The notes under the pieces: generated by a model
Databases searched by the model: none
What the model was told of the DNA's origin: nothing
The model's input: only the letters and a program-made list of their open reading frames with translations
Shown here: piece after piece, positions 39,096-52,814 of the stretch
How the letters are laid out: each line of letters begins with the position of its first letter
Numbering within the stretch: the first letter of the stretch is position 1
Translations under genes and position numbers: made by a program
NCBI GenBank assembly: GCA_013239625.1
Contig: MU054212.1
Location: forward strand, 7,166,270-7,230,269
DNA: 64,000 nt
Direction of reading: 5' to 3'
From: Lama guanicoe
Lineage: Eukaryota

Positions 39096-41236
39096 AAAGT
39101 ATGTGTAGCCTGAGCCTGATAACATTTTGATTTTAGAAAGTTTTGGTTATGTGATTCTATTAAGTAAATGCTCCTCCTCCCCCAACCCCTTTGCACTTTT
39201 CTGGCTACTTATTGATTGTCTATAGATATATATTACTCACTGAAATTAAAGTCTAGCCTGTGGATAGGTGTATTGAGACTTTCAATTTATAGCTTAACTG
39301 TAAATAGGGTTGAAAGGTTTAAAAAGATTCCATCTCCACAACCCGTTTAGATTGGAAGATGCAAAGCCTTTGGTGAATTTTAACTGTTAGGCTTGCCCAG
39401 CAAGATCTTGAGTGAAGATTTGGGCTTCTGGATGGCAGCAAGACTTACTGAAATGTAATTTCTTACTGTTTGTCTTAGAAGGTGATGCTGTCAGGGTGGA
39501 AAACGTCCCCCAGGTAATGGAAGAGCTGAGGACCTCGGGGGACTCTCACCGTTTCCTTGTTGATATTGGACTGACAGATTGAAACTTGCTTCTGAGGCGC
39601 TCGCTGAGTGTGACCCGTCAAAGCATAATTGCTAACACAATGTAGATAATCTGGAAGGCTGGTTTAGAGGGTGGCAGTTACTGCGTCTGTGAAATAACTG
39701 AATGAAAATAGATGAGATTGCCTCAACCAGGCTCAGGTGAGGGTGGAGGAGGCTGCCATTAACATTCTTCTTTAAAGAGATGCATCCTGGAAAGATAAGG
39801 AGGCCAAGTAAATAGACGAGTATGATTTCGCAACCAGCATTACTACATTCTTTGGTTTTTTTCCAGGAATGGAATTTTATTTTATTTCATTTTTCCTAGC
39901 ATTACTGCATTCTGTAGGAAATTTTCTTAAGCAGAGAATAGTCAGATACACTTTACTGTTATTGGTAATCTATATCATGACCACCCATCCGTCCTTCCTC
40001 CTCTCATCTGTCCATTATATTTCAGCTGGGAGGTAGAAAACACCACTCTTTCCTTTTTATTTTGATTTCTTATTTTTACAAAAGACAGATGTGAAAGGTC
40101 CGTGCAGAGTGCTTTCTCCATCAGGCCACTGCAGAGAGCCTGAATTCATGACTTCATTCCTCACATGTCTGCATGAAATACAACAGTTTGTGCAATGATT
40201 ATTTTTCAATTTGTGGCTTAACTGGCATTTATTGAAGGTGACCTACTATTGCTAGATGTAGAAAAATGGCATTCATGAAGATTAGTTGGAACTAGGTGTT
40301 CCTATTGGGATAGTCTAGAGAGTGGCTCAAATCCTAAATTCTGAAGTCTTAGGATTAGCAAAGATCACTTTGGAATCCCCCTACACCTCCAGCCTCTGAA
40401 TCAGGCACACAGAAAAGGCTATTTGACATTAGTTAGAACAGTTTTCGACTGCCCACTTCTTTTATCTGTCCTTAATATTGAAAACGTTAACTTCGTTTTT
40501 AAAATTAGAATTTAATTTACTGTTTTTCGACACCATCCTTTGTAGTCAAGCCACTTAAAACTTTTAATTTTCAAAGTTTTATACATCAGTTTGTATATTA
40601 GGTACAGTGGTACATCGTTACCTTCTTTTCTCATAGAGAGTGATGAGGGTATGTGAGGTGGGGTCTGTAAACTTTTGAGTAGGAGCAGATAAATATCTGA
40701 ACTTTAAATCTAGTCTTTCCCTTACCCAGTCTTCAGCCTCCTGGTGACCCAGGGAACTTCTAGCCTCTATTAGCAGTGTTTCTTGTGGTAAGAGAGTAAT
40801 GGACTGAATAATTCCTACCGCCTAATATTGGAGGAGTTACGCCCTATGGTAAAGTCAGGGCTGGTTTACATAAGGGGCCATTTACTGTGATCATCACTGT
40901 CCCAATTTGTAGCCATGCTTTGGAGAATTTATTGGAAAGCAAGCTTCCTCAAAAACAGAGAGGGCATTCAGAGCAGCCTCTGCTACACGTGGAATCAGTC
41001 TAAGGGGTGAAGTTTAAATCAGAACTATAACATTTTGTTTCTTCTAAGGACTTTGCAGGTCATATAGTCTTGAACTTTTGTTTTACAAAGCAATAAACTA
41101 AGGCTTAGAATCGATGAGCTGTCCACTGTGATAGAACTAGTAAGTATGTGACTGATCTGTAAACGTAGAAGAGGTTCATCATACCAGAATTTGAGAAGAA
41201 TGTGTAAAAGCACAGTAGTTAGTGAAGGACAGAACC

Positions 41237-41390
41237 TAAAAAAAAAAAGAAAAAGAAGAAGAAGGAGGGGGAGAAGGAAGAAGAGGAAGAAGAAAGAAGA
41301 TGAAGAAGAAGAAGGAGGAAGAAGGAAGAAGAAGGAGGAGAAGGAGAAGAGAAAAGAAAAGAGGAGAAGGGGAAGGGGATGGAGAAGGGG
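41237..41390. repeat. Purine-rich (GAA/GGA) low-complexity tract
   Basis: About 150 nt almost entirely A/G, starting from an A-run. Confidence 0.95.
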
Positions 41391-42539
41391 AACATCTTCT
41401 ATTCCAAGGTACTATCAGAAGGGACATGTTCTTCAGTTGATTTTCCTGAAGTGATGGGTTTCCACTGACCCAGTCACCCTGTATTACCTGATTTTATTTG
41501 CCTCCAACAGCACACATTTGTAACACTTTTGGCAGAAGTTAGAGGTGCAGGAGAAATTGTACTGTGATTTACACTTCAAATGATGATCTAGTATTTTGAT
41601 TCTGGCCCATTGGCTTTTGGTTGCTATCAAGACCTCACCCAAAGGTAGGACTATGAGAAGAACAAGGGAAAGGGCTGGGGCTGCCTCTGTGGACTATTGT
41701 AGAGAACGAGTGAGCTCGGTAGGACCCTTGCCTTAGATCATTTCATTGAATATGCTCATTGCAGTTGTTCTTTGGAATGCCTATAATGTGAGGAATATGT
41801 GAAGCAAGGGAGAGTAGGTTTGCCTGCAGACAATTTGATGCAAATAGGCCAACCAGCCCTCACTTTCTCTTTTCAGATTTTCCCTCTGGATTTCTGCAGC
41901 CTTCTCTGTTTCTTCCTTCACACTGTGATAATATATTTATGTTTACTTATTAAATTTTCCTCTGTTTTCTATAAAAAATAAAGTGGAGAGCAATATTTAA
42001 ATGCAGTCACAATAAAATTGAGTGGCCTGAGAAGTCCAGTGGGTAAATGAAAACATTGTCAACTACTGTGAACTTTACAGCAAAAATCTAGTTTTTATTT
42101 ATTGATTATTTTTTCTGGCATTAATAACTCATTTAACTTTTCTTTATAAATTTGGTATATCAATACAGTATGAAATATAGGTAATGATTAATTTATAGAT
42201 TAAATGAAATTAAACCCAATACAATTTAAAGTTGTCAAAGCTTTTTGTAATGAGTTCATGGTCTGTTGTTTTATTCTTTTCTTATAATATGATAACATTG
42301 ATCTCTGACCTTTCCACTGCTTAGGATTGTCATATAGATTAAAATTTAAAAATAGATTTGAAAGCCTATAAAAATTGTGTATTGCTGATTATAATAAACC
42401 CTTTGCAATTAGTATAAATATTTTTCAGATTGTTTTTGAGAATTGAGATCTAAGAAAATACTTGTAATTTGTATTTACTTTATAGCATAGCTGTTTATAT
42501 AAGCTAGTGTGCAGATTTGAATGGGTCCCAAAATATGTG

Positions 42540-43159
42540 ATTAAATCAAATAAAAATCCATTTCTGGCATAGTCTGAAGGCAGGGCGTCCCAGGAATGAT
42601 GAGGTAGTTTTGTTATATCAGGATATCCAAGGGGCCAGGGTCCTTTTGTCTTTTTTAATAATTTCTTTATTTATTTCCTTACCATTTTATCTTTTTTTTT
42701 TTGGTGGGTGGGGATAATTAGGTTTATTTATTCATTTACTTATTTTTAATGCAGGCATGGGGTTTGAGCCTAGGACCCTGTGCATGGTAAGCAGGTGCTC
42801 TACCACTGAGCTATATACCCCGCCCAGGGCCCTTTTGTTGTTCTGTTATCCTTAGGATTTTATCCTCATCCTTGTGGTCCAACATGACTTGCCATCAAAT
42901 CCATGTTCTAAGCAGCAGGAGGCAGAAAGGGCGCACACGCGGTTCCTTTGTAGACATGGTCTAAACGTTGAGTGTAGACATGGTCTAAACTTTGATCTGT
43001 TTTTCTCATGTCCTGTTGGCCAGGGACACAGTTGCACTTAGCTGAATGGGAAGCTGGAGAACGTAGTCTATTGCAGAAGGCATGTTCCCAGCTAAAATGC
43101 GGGAGTCTTAGCTGTAGGAAAAGCTAGTTATCCGGGACCAACTACCAGCCTCTGCTGTA
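42540..43159 (-). mobile_element. MLT1J-like LTR interrupted by a SINE
   Basis: ttggccaggga…cttagctgaatgggaagctggagaacgtagtc…caactaccagcctctgctg. Confidence 0.7.
42650..42823 (-). mobile_element. tRNA-Ala-derived SINE (camelid Vic-1-like) with ~15-bp TSD
   Basis: ggggtttgagcctaggaccctgtgcatggtaagcaggtgctctaccactgagctatata; TSD ccagggtccttttgt (42635-49) / ccagggcccttttgt (42824-38). Confidence 0.9.
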
Positions 43160-43664
43160 TCTACTTTAAAATTGAATCTCATGCTTGGGCTTGGTTTAGG
43201 TTAAATATGTATTATAATTTATGATATTTGAAAGCAAATCACCTCAATACTTGACTTTATACAAATATTACATGTATTTTCAAGTCTCTTTGACTTTCCT
43301 CAGCCCGTTATGACCTTCACCATCTCTTGTCCTCCACCTTCCTCCTCCAAAACCCAGTTCAGATGTTGTGTATCACCTCCTCGGTGAAGAGTTCTTTAAC
43401 CTTCGTTCTTTAATTCATTGTTTTATCCTTGCTACTCCATTATAACACAGTATATGTGCTCCTTTGTTGTAGTGTCTAATAAACTCTCCCAAATTTTCTC
43501 TTGTTATAATAGGACTGCAGTTTCCTTAGTGGTAGAGTGTGTGTCTCATTGATCTCTCTCTTCATAATATAATAGCTCATGATAGTTTTGAGTGGGAAGT
43601 TTGAATTACAGCTCTATTTCTGTTTCCAACATAGTGTGCCATTCTGGATAACTCACTCAGTCTT

Positions 43665-43707
43665 TGTGTGTGTGTGTGTATGTGTGTATGTGTGTGTGTG
43701 TGTGTGT
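43665..43707. repeat. Imperfect (TG)n microsatellite inside a MIR remnant (~43570-43790)
   Basis: TG run with TA interruptions followed by ttcctctccagtaaaatggggg. Confidence 0.85.
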
Positions 43708-44769
43708 TTCCTCTCCAGTAAAATGGGGGAAATTGTAACTCTTTATCTGCATCATAAGGCTAAAATGAAGATAAAATAATTTGAAAAATGTACTGTCAAT
43801 TGCATATTTCATTCATGAGATTTCACACTTTGCTGCATTATTAGGAATTTGGGGAAATTGATCAAGATTGAATGGCTTATCAAGTCAAATTTGTATTCTG
43901 AGATTTTTTCACAGTGATATTCTGGCAGTGATATTTTGGCTGGTGCCAAAAGGTTCACGTTTCAATAAGAAGTATATAGTATTTATTTAATACTTAATTT
44001 TTAATCGAAAATTTCATAAGAAGTTAAGAAGGTGATTCTAATTAGTTTGTATTCTTAACTCAGATTCAGTGATTAGATTTAAAGCCATTGTTATTTAATG
44101 AAGCAGAGCCCTAATTATTTTTAATATGATATCTGCCAGTGACTAATGCTGGGAATCTAGGATCAGAGATGTTCCTGATTTACAGTATTCCAATGGATAA
44201 ATTATTTTTCATTAAATGAGATGCTTCTAGGGGACCTTATTTGTGACGTAGAAGGTGTGTTTCTCTAGCTAGCTCTCATACTTGGGTCACGTTAGCCTTT
44301 GGAATGTATATTGTAGATGTAGTATTTCCTCTGCTTTTCCACCCTCCAAACTTATGTGTGTTGATATGTCATACCCTTAGAATACTTCCTACCAATTATC
44401 TGAATGGTGTGTTTTTGGGGAAAAAGATGGTTAAGACGCTTCAAATACACAAAATAAAATTTTAGAGAATAGACTCTAGTAAACAGAAACACTTTGCTAT
44501 CTCTGAGGAGATCTGAATTTAAATATGTAGGAAATGATTAATTTCTGGGAAAATCTCTGTCATTATTTCTGTGCTGCTGTCTCTCACCGTTTTGGCTTGT
44601 TCAGTATTTACTGAATGTTCACATTCTACTGGGAGTTTTCCATTACACTGAAGTAGTTTTGCTGTCCATAAACTGAGTATTATAGGAGAGAATATATTTT
44701 ACTGTTGAGTAGTGATCTGATTTCTAAGATTCCTGTAAATTATACATATGCTAACGCCTTAGCTTCTGT

Positions 44770-45055
44770 CGGTCATCATCATCATTGCCACCTGAACAGC
44801 TATTCATCATTTAAGATGCGGTTATCTCCCCTGGAAACTTCCCCCTTGATTCCCAGGCAGAAATACGATTCTTTCTTTTATATTACAAGGGATTTTAAAA
44901 ATATATATATCTTTATCACAGTTCTTTTAGTTTGTATGTCTTTCTCCCAGCTAAACTATGAATTCCAAAATAGCTAGTGACATACTCATGTTTATATATC
45001 CTAGATAGTTCCTAGACCATGGTAGACATTTCAGCAGATGTTTATTTGATTGAAC
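44770..45055 (+). mobile_element. L2 3' end
   Basis: ctattcatcatttaagatgc…ctaaactatgaattcc…ggtagacatttcagcagatgtttatttgattgaa. Confidence 0.65.
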
Positions 45056-47884
45056 GTACATTACTTCTGGACATCTTCAGCTGACATCCGTAAAGGGAGT
45101 AGGTTGAGAAGACTCGTACACTTACTGTACTTGGTCAGACCCACAGACTATGCAGCAGAGAGTCAATGTCAAAGGTGAGGACTTAAAACTGTAGGAGAAA
45201 GAGCTTTGTACATTGCTAAGCACCAGGTGGACTGTAAGTTTGAGCTAAGCAACCAAGTGATCTGTTCCTTTCAGGCTAATATTTTCTGAGTCCTTTGCCT
45301 AGGTGATCCATTTATTCTTTGCATTTTCCTTATGAGATTCATGTCATGTTTCATGAGATACAGTGAAGTTAGCGGAGAGTTTCCAGGAAAACATAATGAG
45401 TATTATGTTTGATATAAATCTCTGGTCCAAACCTGTCTCAGAGACTTCTATATATTTGATATCAATGGAATAATTAACTTGAGAACCAACGTATACACTG
45501 GGTAGGTAGAGGAAATAGTGCGCCAGATGGACATTACCAAGCTTTTTCATTTTAGTAACTGACATGGATGGGATGAATCTGGCCAGTAGAGCAAATGAAA
45601 TGGAGATTAGAAACAGAATTCTATTAATTTTGAATAGAATATATATATGACAAGCAGTCTTATAGATAACCATTTGCTTGATGCAAATAAAATTTTAGGG
45701 TAAGTACATAGAAATAATCCTGCAGTGATTTAACTTATTTAATTCTATTTTAGACACACTCTGGAAATAAACTTAGTAAAATTTTGTACTGGGATTGAAA
45801 GTTTCAGTTTTCAGGATTACACTAGTGTAGGAGAAAGGGGCAAGCAAAAAGGACATATATAAATCTTGTAATAGAAGTCTCAAGAAGATAGAAATAGTGA
45901 ATTCTCTGGTTAAACTTTGAGAAGTATGTAATGTCTATCACTTTATTTCTAAAAAGCTTATTCTTTAAGACGTGAGAAGGAAAAATTGGTATCTTCAAAG
46001 GTGGTTTGTTCTTGCTCTTTAACATATAATAGCACTTGGGGCTCATTGATTTTTTTTTTATTATTATTCCTACCATTTGCAATAGTTATTCATCTGAAGT
46101 TTCCCGGCCCTGTCTCCACAGTAGCAAGTGCAGTCAGTCGGGAGCTCCTTCACCAGTGGAGAGTCTGGTAATGCAGTCAGGGCAGTGGTAGGTAGGATTA
46201 CAAAAGCGGTAGGACCACACAGGGGGATTCAGGAGTACACAGCACATTTGGTCATACCAAAGGAAGCTTCAGGGGTTAATCTGGCGTTGCTTTCCCATCT
46301 CCCGAAAAAGCCAAGTTTTGTTTTGTTTCGTTTTTCTGTTTTTTTTTTTTTTTTAAGTATCAGAATAGTTTGATCCTGTATACCAAGTTTAGAAGCTTAG
46401 CCTTGGAAACCAATATTGTGTTTTCTCTCTTCCCTTCAGGACAAAGTCTGTTCCATTTGGGACCGCCTCACCTACCTTACCAGGCAGCACCAGGTCTTCA
46501 TATGCTTTCAGTTTACCTTCTACTATGGAAAGGATCTTTCCTTGAATGTTCATATTTTCACCTTGAGAAGGCAATATACATGTCTAGGATGGTTTAAGCA
46601 GCTGTAAATAAATGTGACGTAGTCGAAGAGTGGTTTGTGGGAGTTTTACTATATATATATACACATATATAATATTTTCCAGTCTGGTTTCAGACCCCGG
46701 CATGGCTTGGAGACAGCGTTGGTGTGTATGAAGGATCTTCCTCGAATGAAGGATTTGGGACACCTTTCCATGATGATTGTATTAGAGCATCAGCTGCTTT
46801 CGTGTTGGTCATGAGGTGATGCTGAACCGAATGCTTGAACTAGCAGGAGTGGCTGGGATTGCATTGGAGTGGTTCCGTTCATTCCTTCCGGGTAGGTACC
46901 AGCTAGTGACGTTGGGTGAACATGGACATTGAGGGTCTTTCCGTAGGGAACCCCGCCAGTGTCACTCATGCCCCTGTTCATGTTGAGTGGGTTTGAGAAG
47001 ACAAATTGGACACCTGGAGGCCAGGCGGTGATCTGAATGACTCTGTAGAAGATTATGAGGGTGATTCCCAGATCGGTGTTGCTCACATACGTTATTTCTG
47101 TTTTGTCAGTGTGACAGTGCAGATTAGAGTCGACACTGAGAAAGTGTGACTTGTTGGAAAGTGAAAATTCGGGAGGCCCTGGTGTCCTTTCTGATTTCTC
47201 TGTCTGAATTACAGTTTGTGTAAACTCTGGCCATATTTTGACTCCAAATTCATCTACACACAAAAATCAACATTAGATAGAAATGGTTTATTCTCCTTGC
47301 TTGTATATATCCAGAGCCTTCTTCCCTGTGAATGCTGACTGCATCTCCATGATCTTCCTTGCTGCAGCTGTAGTCAGCTTGCTCACCCTTCTGCTTGGGG
47401 CTCTTTCAAACAGTCTGACTACATTAACAAATATTCTTGAGAGTGACGGCTGATTTTTCCCAGTGAATGTTTTGCTTTATCTTCACTGAGAACACTTCAT
47501 TATTCTAACCCTGTTTTACTAAGAATCAAATTGGGTTGTACTTTTTAAGGAGTTTTATAGTGTAAATACTGCCTCTCCTTCTCCTTAAACTGCTTAGGCA
47601 TTTCAAGTTTTCATAGAGAATATGCCAGAGTTTCTTCAATTTTGAACATGTTCTTTAGAAATTTGGTGCCTCTTCTTGGCTGTTATTTATTTACGTAATA
47701 TTATTTCAGTTATTTTCCTTTACGATAATGAAAAGCTTGCTGGTGTTGAACATGGAGAAAGTTTATTAGGTCTAAGGGTAGAATACAGGTAAAGAACTGA
47801 AAAGGACAAACACAGATGTATGTGTCTGTAAATACCATAAGAAATGTCTGTTGACTGTCATTTTGGCAAAAGCGCAGGAAACTT

Positions 47885-48118
47885 AACATTTATGCAGTAA
47901 CTGATCAGTGTCAGGCACTGAGCCAAGCAGTTTTTATTTTTTAGCTCATTTAATCCACACAGAAACATTGAGAAGAGGGTGTTATTTCTTCATTCTACAG
48001 ATGAGGAAATTGACGCTGAGAGAAGTTAGGTATCTTGCCTAACTTCACACAATTATAAGTGGGAGCTCTGGTATTTGAGCCTGCGTCTGGCTGATTCCAA
48101 AGCTCAGTCTTTCCATCA
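47885..48118 (-). mobile_element. MIR SINE
   Basis: ctcatttaatccacacag…cattctacagatgaggaaattgacgctgagagaagttaggtatcttgcctaa. Confidence 0.9.
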
Positions 48119-50679
48119 CAGTCAGATGTTAGGCCACAGGCAAATGTGAGACTTGAAGTGGGGGTCCCAAAGGAAAAAGAAAAAAAGAAAAAGAATGCCT
48201 TTTAGAAGGCTTGAACAAACCAAGGAGGAAATGAGAGACATAGGAATGTACTAGCATAACATTTATTTAGAAAATTTCCAGAGTTGTCTTTAAAACTCTG
48301 TTTAACAAGCCAGGTGACAAAAGGAACAACTTTAGGATCATCAGATATTTACCATTTATGGGATGAAGAGGTTTCGAGTTTCAAATTTTACCTCTTTGGA
48401 CTTTTGTTCATTCTCTGTTTGGCAATTAAAGTGATGCTATCCCACATCAGACCCTAGGAATCTGTAAGGATCAGTGGGTGGAAGCCAATCAGTAGTTATC
48501 TGAGGAGAGACAGCAGTTGAAGAGCTGTACCAGGTCTTTACTGTTTATAAAAAAGTGTGTCTACAAACTTTTCTGTGTGGAACCTCAGCTTCCCATCATA
48601 GCCCTTCATGTGTTACATGGTGCTTGTGACTGAAGACGTGGTGAATTTTTGTGTTCTCCTTAAAAGTCATATATCTGGATTTCAGTAAATACTTGTCATC
48701 TTTGGAAGAAGTTTGGCTCAGTATTATCAGTTTTGCTTTTTACATTGATAGACAGATGTCTCCCACTATCACAAGAGATACATTTTAGGCATAGCTGGAG
48801 AGAATGTTGTTTCTGTGCTTATAAACTGACATTTGGCAGTAGAAAGGTATTATATTATATATTAAAGTTGTTGTTACCCTAACGTGATATGCCCTTATCA
48901 ATTATGTTAATGGTATCTTCGAAAATACCCCACCTCCCCAAAGAGGTAAAGCTCTTTAACTGTAATGATTTTCAACATCAAAGCTATGTTTTATTTACTC
49001 ATAGCTCATGAAGTAATGGTCATAATTGAATTTGGCACCTTAAGATTTCCTGACTTAGCAGAAGTGGAATATTGATCTCCTGAAATTAGGTGGCAGGTGC
49101 ATCGAGGAACCATTTCCTGAAAGTTCTAAGTGGCTATGTAAAGCCTCAAGAATATTAATGTAGATTAAATGAGTGGATTGGAGTTGTGCTTACTTAAATA
49201 AGATGTTTGCCAAATGGCCAGAAGCCATGGTAGCCAAAGTTTTGTTTTTTGAAAGCTTGGGAAATGAAGGCAGAAAAACATTTCTCTTAGTGTTGCATCA
49301 ACATAAATAGGTCTGTGTAATTTTAGTAACTGTTTAATCAGTTACCATTTAGTTAGTCGATTAAATAGGGCTCCAGGTTTAAAATATTTTTCTTGAATTA
49401 CTGCGTTGGCTCACAAATTCTCTTCCATTCTGTCCCGATTGTATTTACATATTGTTCTCTCTTTTTGTTGCTGGATTTGTTGTCTAGAGGGTCTCTGTCT
49501 GCTTGGTTAGAACATTGATAGTGCTGTAAAATAAAGTACAGCAAATCTTGTTTTGTCTAAAGATACATTTCTCCCTATGGGTCATCAAAATGCGCATTTT
49601 TTCCTAAGGAAGATGTTTATTTCTGTAAAACAGAGGTAATACATATAATGTATTAGCAGCATTACTTTTGGAATTTATTAGTATGTATATGTGTATAATT
49701 TCATAGTTTTCAAAAAAACATCAGCCTGAAACAGTGTTATTTATTCTCTTTTTACATTTACATTAATCTTAGCCATTCTTACCTTTATTTTCCTTTTTTT
49801 CTCTGTATGGAAGAGTACTAATTTGGATTGTAGCAAACATAAGCATTTCTGCAATCCCTACTCCCCACTATGTCTCTCATGAATGATATTTCCCAGAGGG
49901 TGAAATTAAAACAAGAACTAGGTGTATTAAATTTCTTTCAGGCTTACTGCCAGATTCTTAGATGTATTTTTAGGTGTCGAATCCTAAGTTTGGGGAAGGG
50001 TAGGATGCTTAAATTTGCTGGTCTTTGTATTTATTCTTCCTTTCTCCCAAGCATACTGTTTCCATAAGAGATCTTACCTAGAACTGAGGCCTTTTGTAAA
50101 GTTTGTTTTTACTTTATAATTCTATCTGAATTTTGTCAATGTATTTCATGCCATCCCAAGTAATTACAGTGTTTGAATTTCACAAAACTCCTATTTTATT
50201 GCACAAAGCTATGTTTATTGACTATCTTTTTATGGTAATACTTTTAATCAAAGTGGACAACTGCCATTGAACAAACTGCCTTGAAAATGCAAGTGGTCAA
50301 AGAAAGAGGAGGGGGAGGGAAGAAGGGAGAAGAAAGCTAAATTAAATTGACATTTGTCCTGTGGTATGAATGCCTAACAGTAGTGGTTGGTGTAGTTATT
50401 TTTAGACATTTCCTTTATCAAACATTTAAAGGTAAAAATTTTCCCATAGCCAGCAAAACTCTGAGTTGAATTCTTGTGACATTCTGCTGATCAAGGAATT
50501 TCCGATAAGTAGTACCAGAGTCTTCTGCAGAGGCAGGGTAGGAGGATGAATCAGAAATGAAGGAATGGACAAGAGAGCGCTGATAAATATAATAAATGTT
50601 TACGAAACGTGTGATGTATTAACCGTGTTTTATATTAAGGAAGGTAACAAACATGATCAAAAATTTAAATATGAAAAGT

Positions 50680-51790
50680 CAGCATTGGAAGAAAAATTAG
50701 AAAAATTCAAATCTAACATTTGAATTCACCTTTGAGAGGAAAACGACTTTTCACAGTTAGAAGCCATAAAATAAACTACAAAGGAAAAGATCATCCTTAT
50801 TGAGGATATAAAATTTTATGTATTCACATATCAAAAACGAAACGTTAAGTGACATTTTTTACTCAATATTTTAGATAATACAACGTAGAGGTGGTATATG
50901 AAGAGTTTATTAAAACAGAAAAAAATGTTGACCTTGGAACATTGTGGTCAAAGGTCATGAACAGAGGAGCTTCAACGAATAAAACTAGGGCATAAACACG
51001 TATGTGGGTAAGAGTTGATCTTACTGATAATCAAGAAATGCAAGGTAAAATAACTACTGAAGACTGTCCTTAGTTTACCTAATAATCAGTAAAAGCACCT
51101 TGACTTCAGATGACGCTTTGTGCTTTTCTACTACTGGTGAGAGCGTAAGCCAAAACAACTCATTTGCCTTATTTGCAGAAGGCCATTATGTAACTTATAT
51201 CTCCTGAATTAATAATGCCACTTCTGCAAGCCTATCTTAAAATATCTTTGAATGCAAGGAAATAAGTATCATATACACTAAAATAGTCATATCAATGCTG
51301 TATCAGTTATAAATAAAGGACATAATTTAAATGCTCGTCAGCAATATCAGTGGTTCTCAAACCTGACTGCACAGTAAAATCATTTGGAAAAATAAGAAAA
51401 TGCTGATGCTTGAGCTCCATGCAGGGTTGTTTATTTAATAAGTTTGGAGTTGTCTTAAACTTTGCATTTAAAAAAATTCCCCTAAAAATTCTAATACACA
51501 GCCAGATGGAAAACCACTGACTTTTGAAACAAGTTGGTAGAATATTTTTAACCATTCAATATATTCATTATGATTGTGCAGTAGTATGGAAAGGGTATAA
51601 TATAAAATGAAACATTGTGATTCAATATTTAGGTTAATTATAACTTTAAAATAGAAAAACACCAGAAAACCCGGCTAGAAGAAAGTTTATAAAATGCTCA
51701 GAGTTGTTTTAAAGAGTTGAGAGTTTTGAACGATTTTTTAAATCTTTTCTTCAATTGACAGATATTTAGTATGTTCTTATATTACCTTTA
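50680..51790 (+). mobile_element. Old L1M fragment interrupted by MER5A
   Basis: agaagccataaaataaactacaaaggaaaaga…ataatcaagaaatgcaaggtaaaataac…aataatgccacttctg. Confidence 0.65.
51348..51519. mobile_element. MER5A (hAT-Charlie MITE)
   Basis: TIRs cagtggttctcaaac … gaaaaccactg; internal ctgcacagtaaaatcatttgg and attctaatacacagccag. Confidence 0.9.
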
Positions 51791-51989
51791 AAAGAAAAAC
51801 TGTGTTTACAAGAAGGGCTCCTGCTGACAAGATCCTCTAGGTAATTTCCTACTGACGGGTTGTTTCTGCCTGTGAATACAGAGATTTATTCTGACTTCTA
51901 AAATAATCATATCCTGAAGTCAGAGTTACACCTCATATTATTATAATGAAATCCTCCATAGGATTCTTTTTACCTTTTCTCATCTCAGA

Positions 51990-52810
51990 AATATTTTCTC
52001 ATGTAGTTTTCTGACTTTGGAATGTAATAAGCTCAAGTCAGTCATTTTTCCCTTCTTTTATTACTCTACATCTGTGCCTTTCAATTTTCACCTTTCTGAA
52101 TACCATCTGCATGCTGATGGTTCCCCAGTGTTTGTCTCTAACCCCAGCATTAACTCTGATGCATGTATGTATCTGAATTTTGGATGCATACCTTTAAATC
52201 AATAAGCCCAGAACTAAATCCGCCATATTTTTTGCAAACCATCTATTCTGTATTACAATTTTAATTATACCACCATTTACCCCCAACCTGTGAAACAATC
52301 CTAAAATCCTTATTCTTCTTGATCATACACATCTAGTCAGTTTCTATGTCCTACTGGTTCCTTCTCATGTATTTCTTGACTCTTTCTCCATATCTCTCCC
52401 TTACCATCATTGCCCTTGTGAGGTTCTTCTTGCCTTCCCTGCAGTCCAATACTGCAGGCTCCTAATTGATCTGTCTTCTTCTAGGCCTGTCTCATTCTGA
52501 ATCTGTCCTCATGCTAACAGAAGAACAAGGGCATTTCCCTCCTTAAAATCTCCTGGGGCTCTCCATCATCTCCCACCTGAGTCTAAGCTCCTCTCCATGG
52601 GGTTTAAACTGAGGCATAAATATTATGCACATGGCTTAGTGCATATCCTCCTTCAGAGTCTGTTCCTAGCCCTATTCTCCCTCCCACTCACTGCTCTGGA
52701 AATACCGAATGATCACGTTTCTGCACACCTCATTCCATTCTGTCTCTGTGTGTCTTCTTCTTGCTACTCTCTCTGAAATGACTTCCTCACCTCCGTTTGA
52801 TTAGATTAGC
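51990..52810 (+). mobile_element. L2 fragment
   Basis: taccatctgcatgctgatggttccccag…tactgcaggctcctaattgatct…gtctaagctcct. Confidence 0.75.
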
Positions 52811-52814
52811 AAAA

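Noticed and set aside
41191..41454. K/R/E-rich 87-aa ORF and its antisense partner
   Set aside because: Artefact of the GAA/GGA low-complexity tract.
46765..46830. C/D-box snoRNA-like ATGATGA…CTGA
   Set aside because: Short spacing, no terminal stem and no recognisable rRNA/snRNA guide; the motifs are expected by chance.
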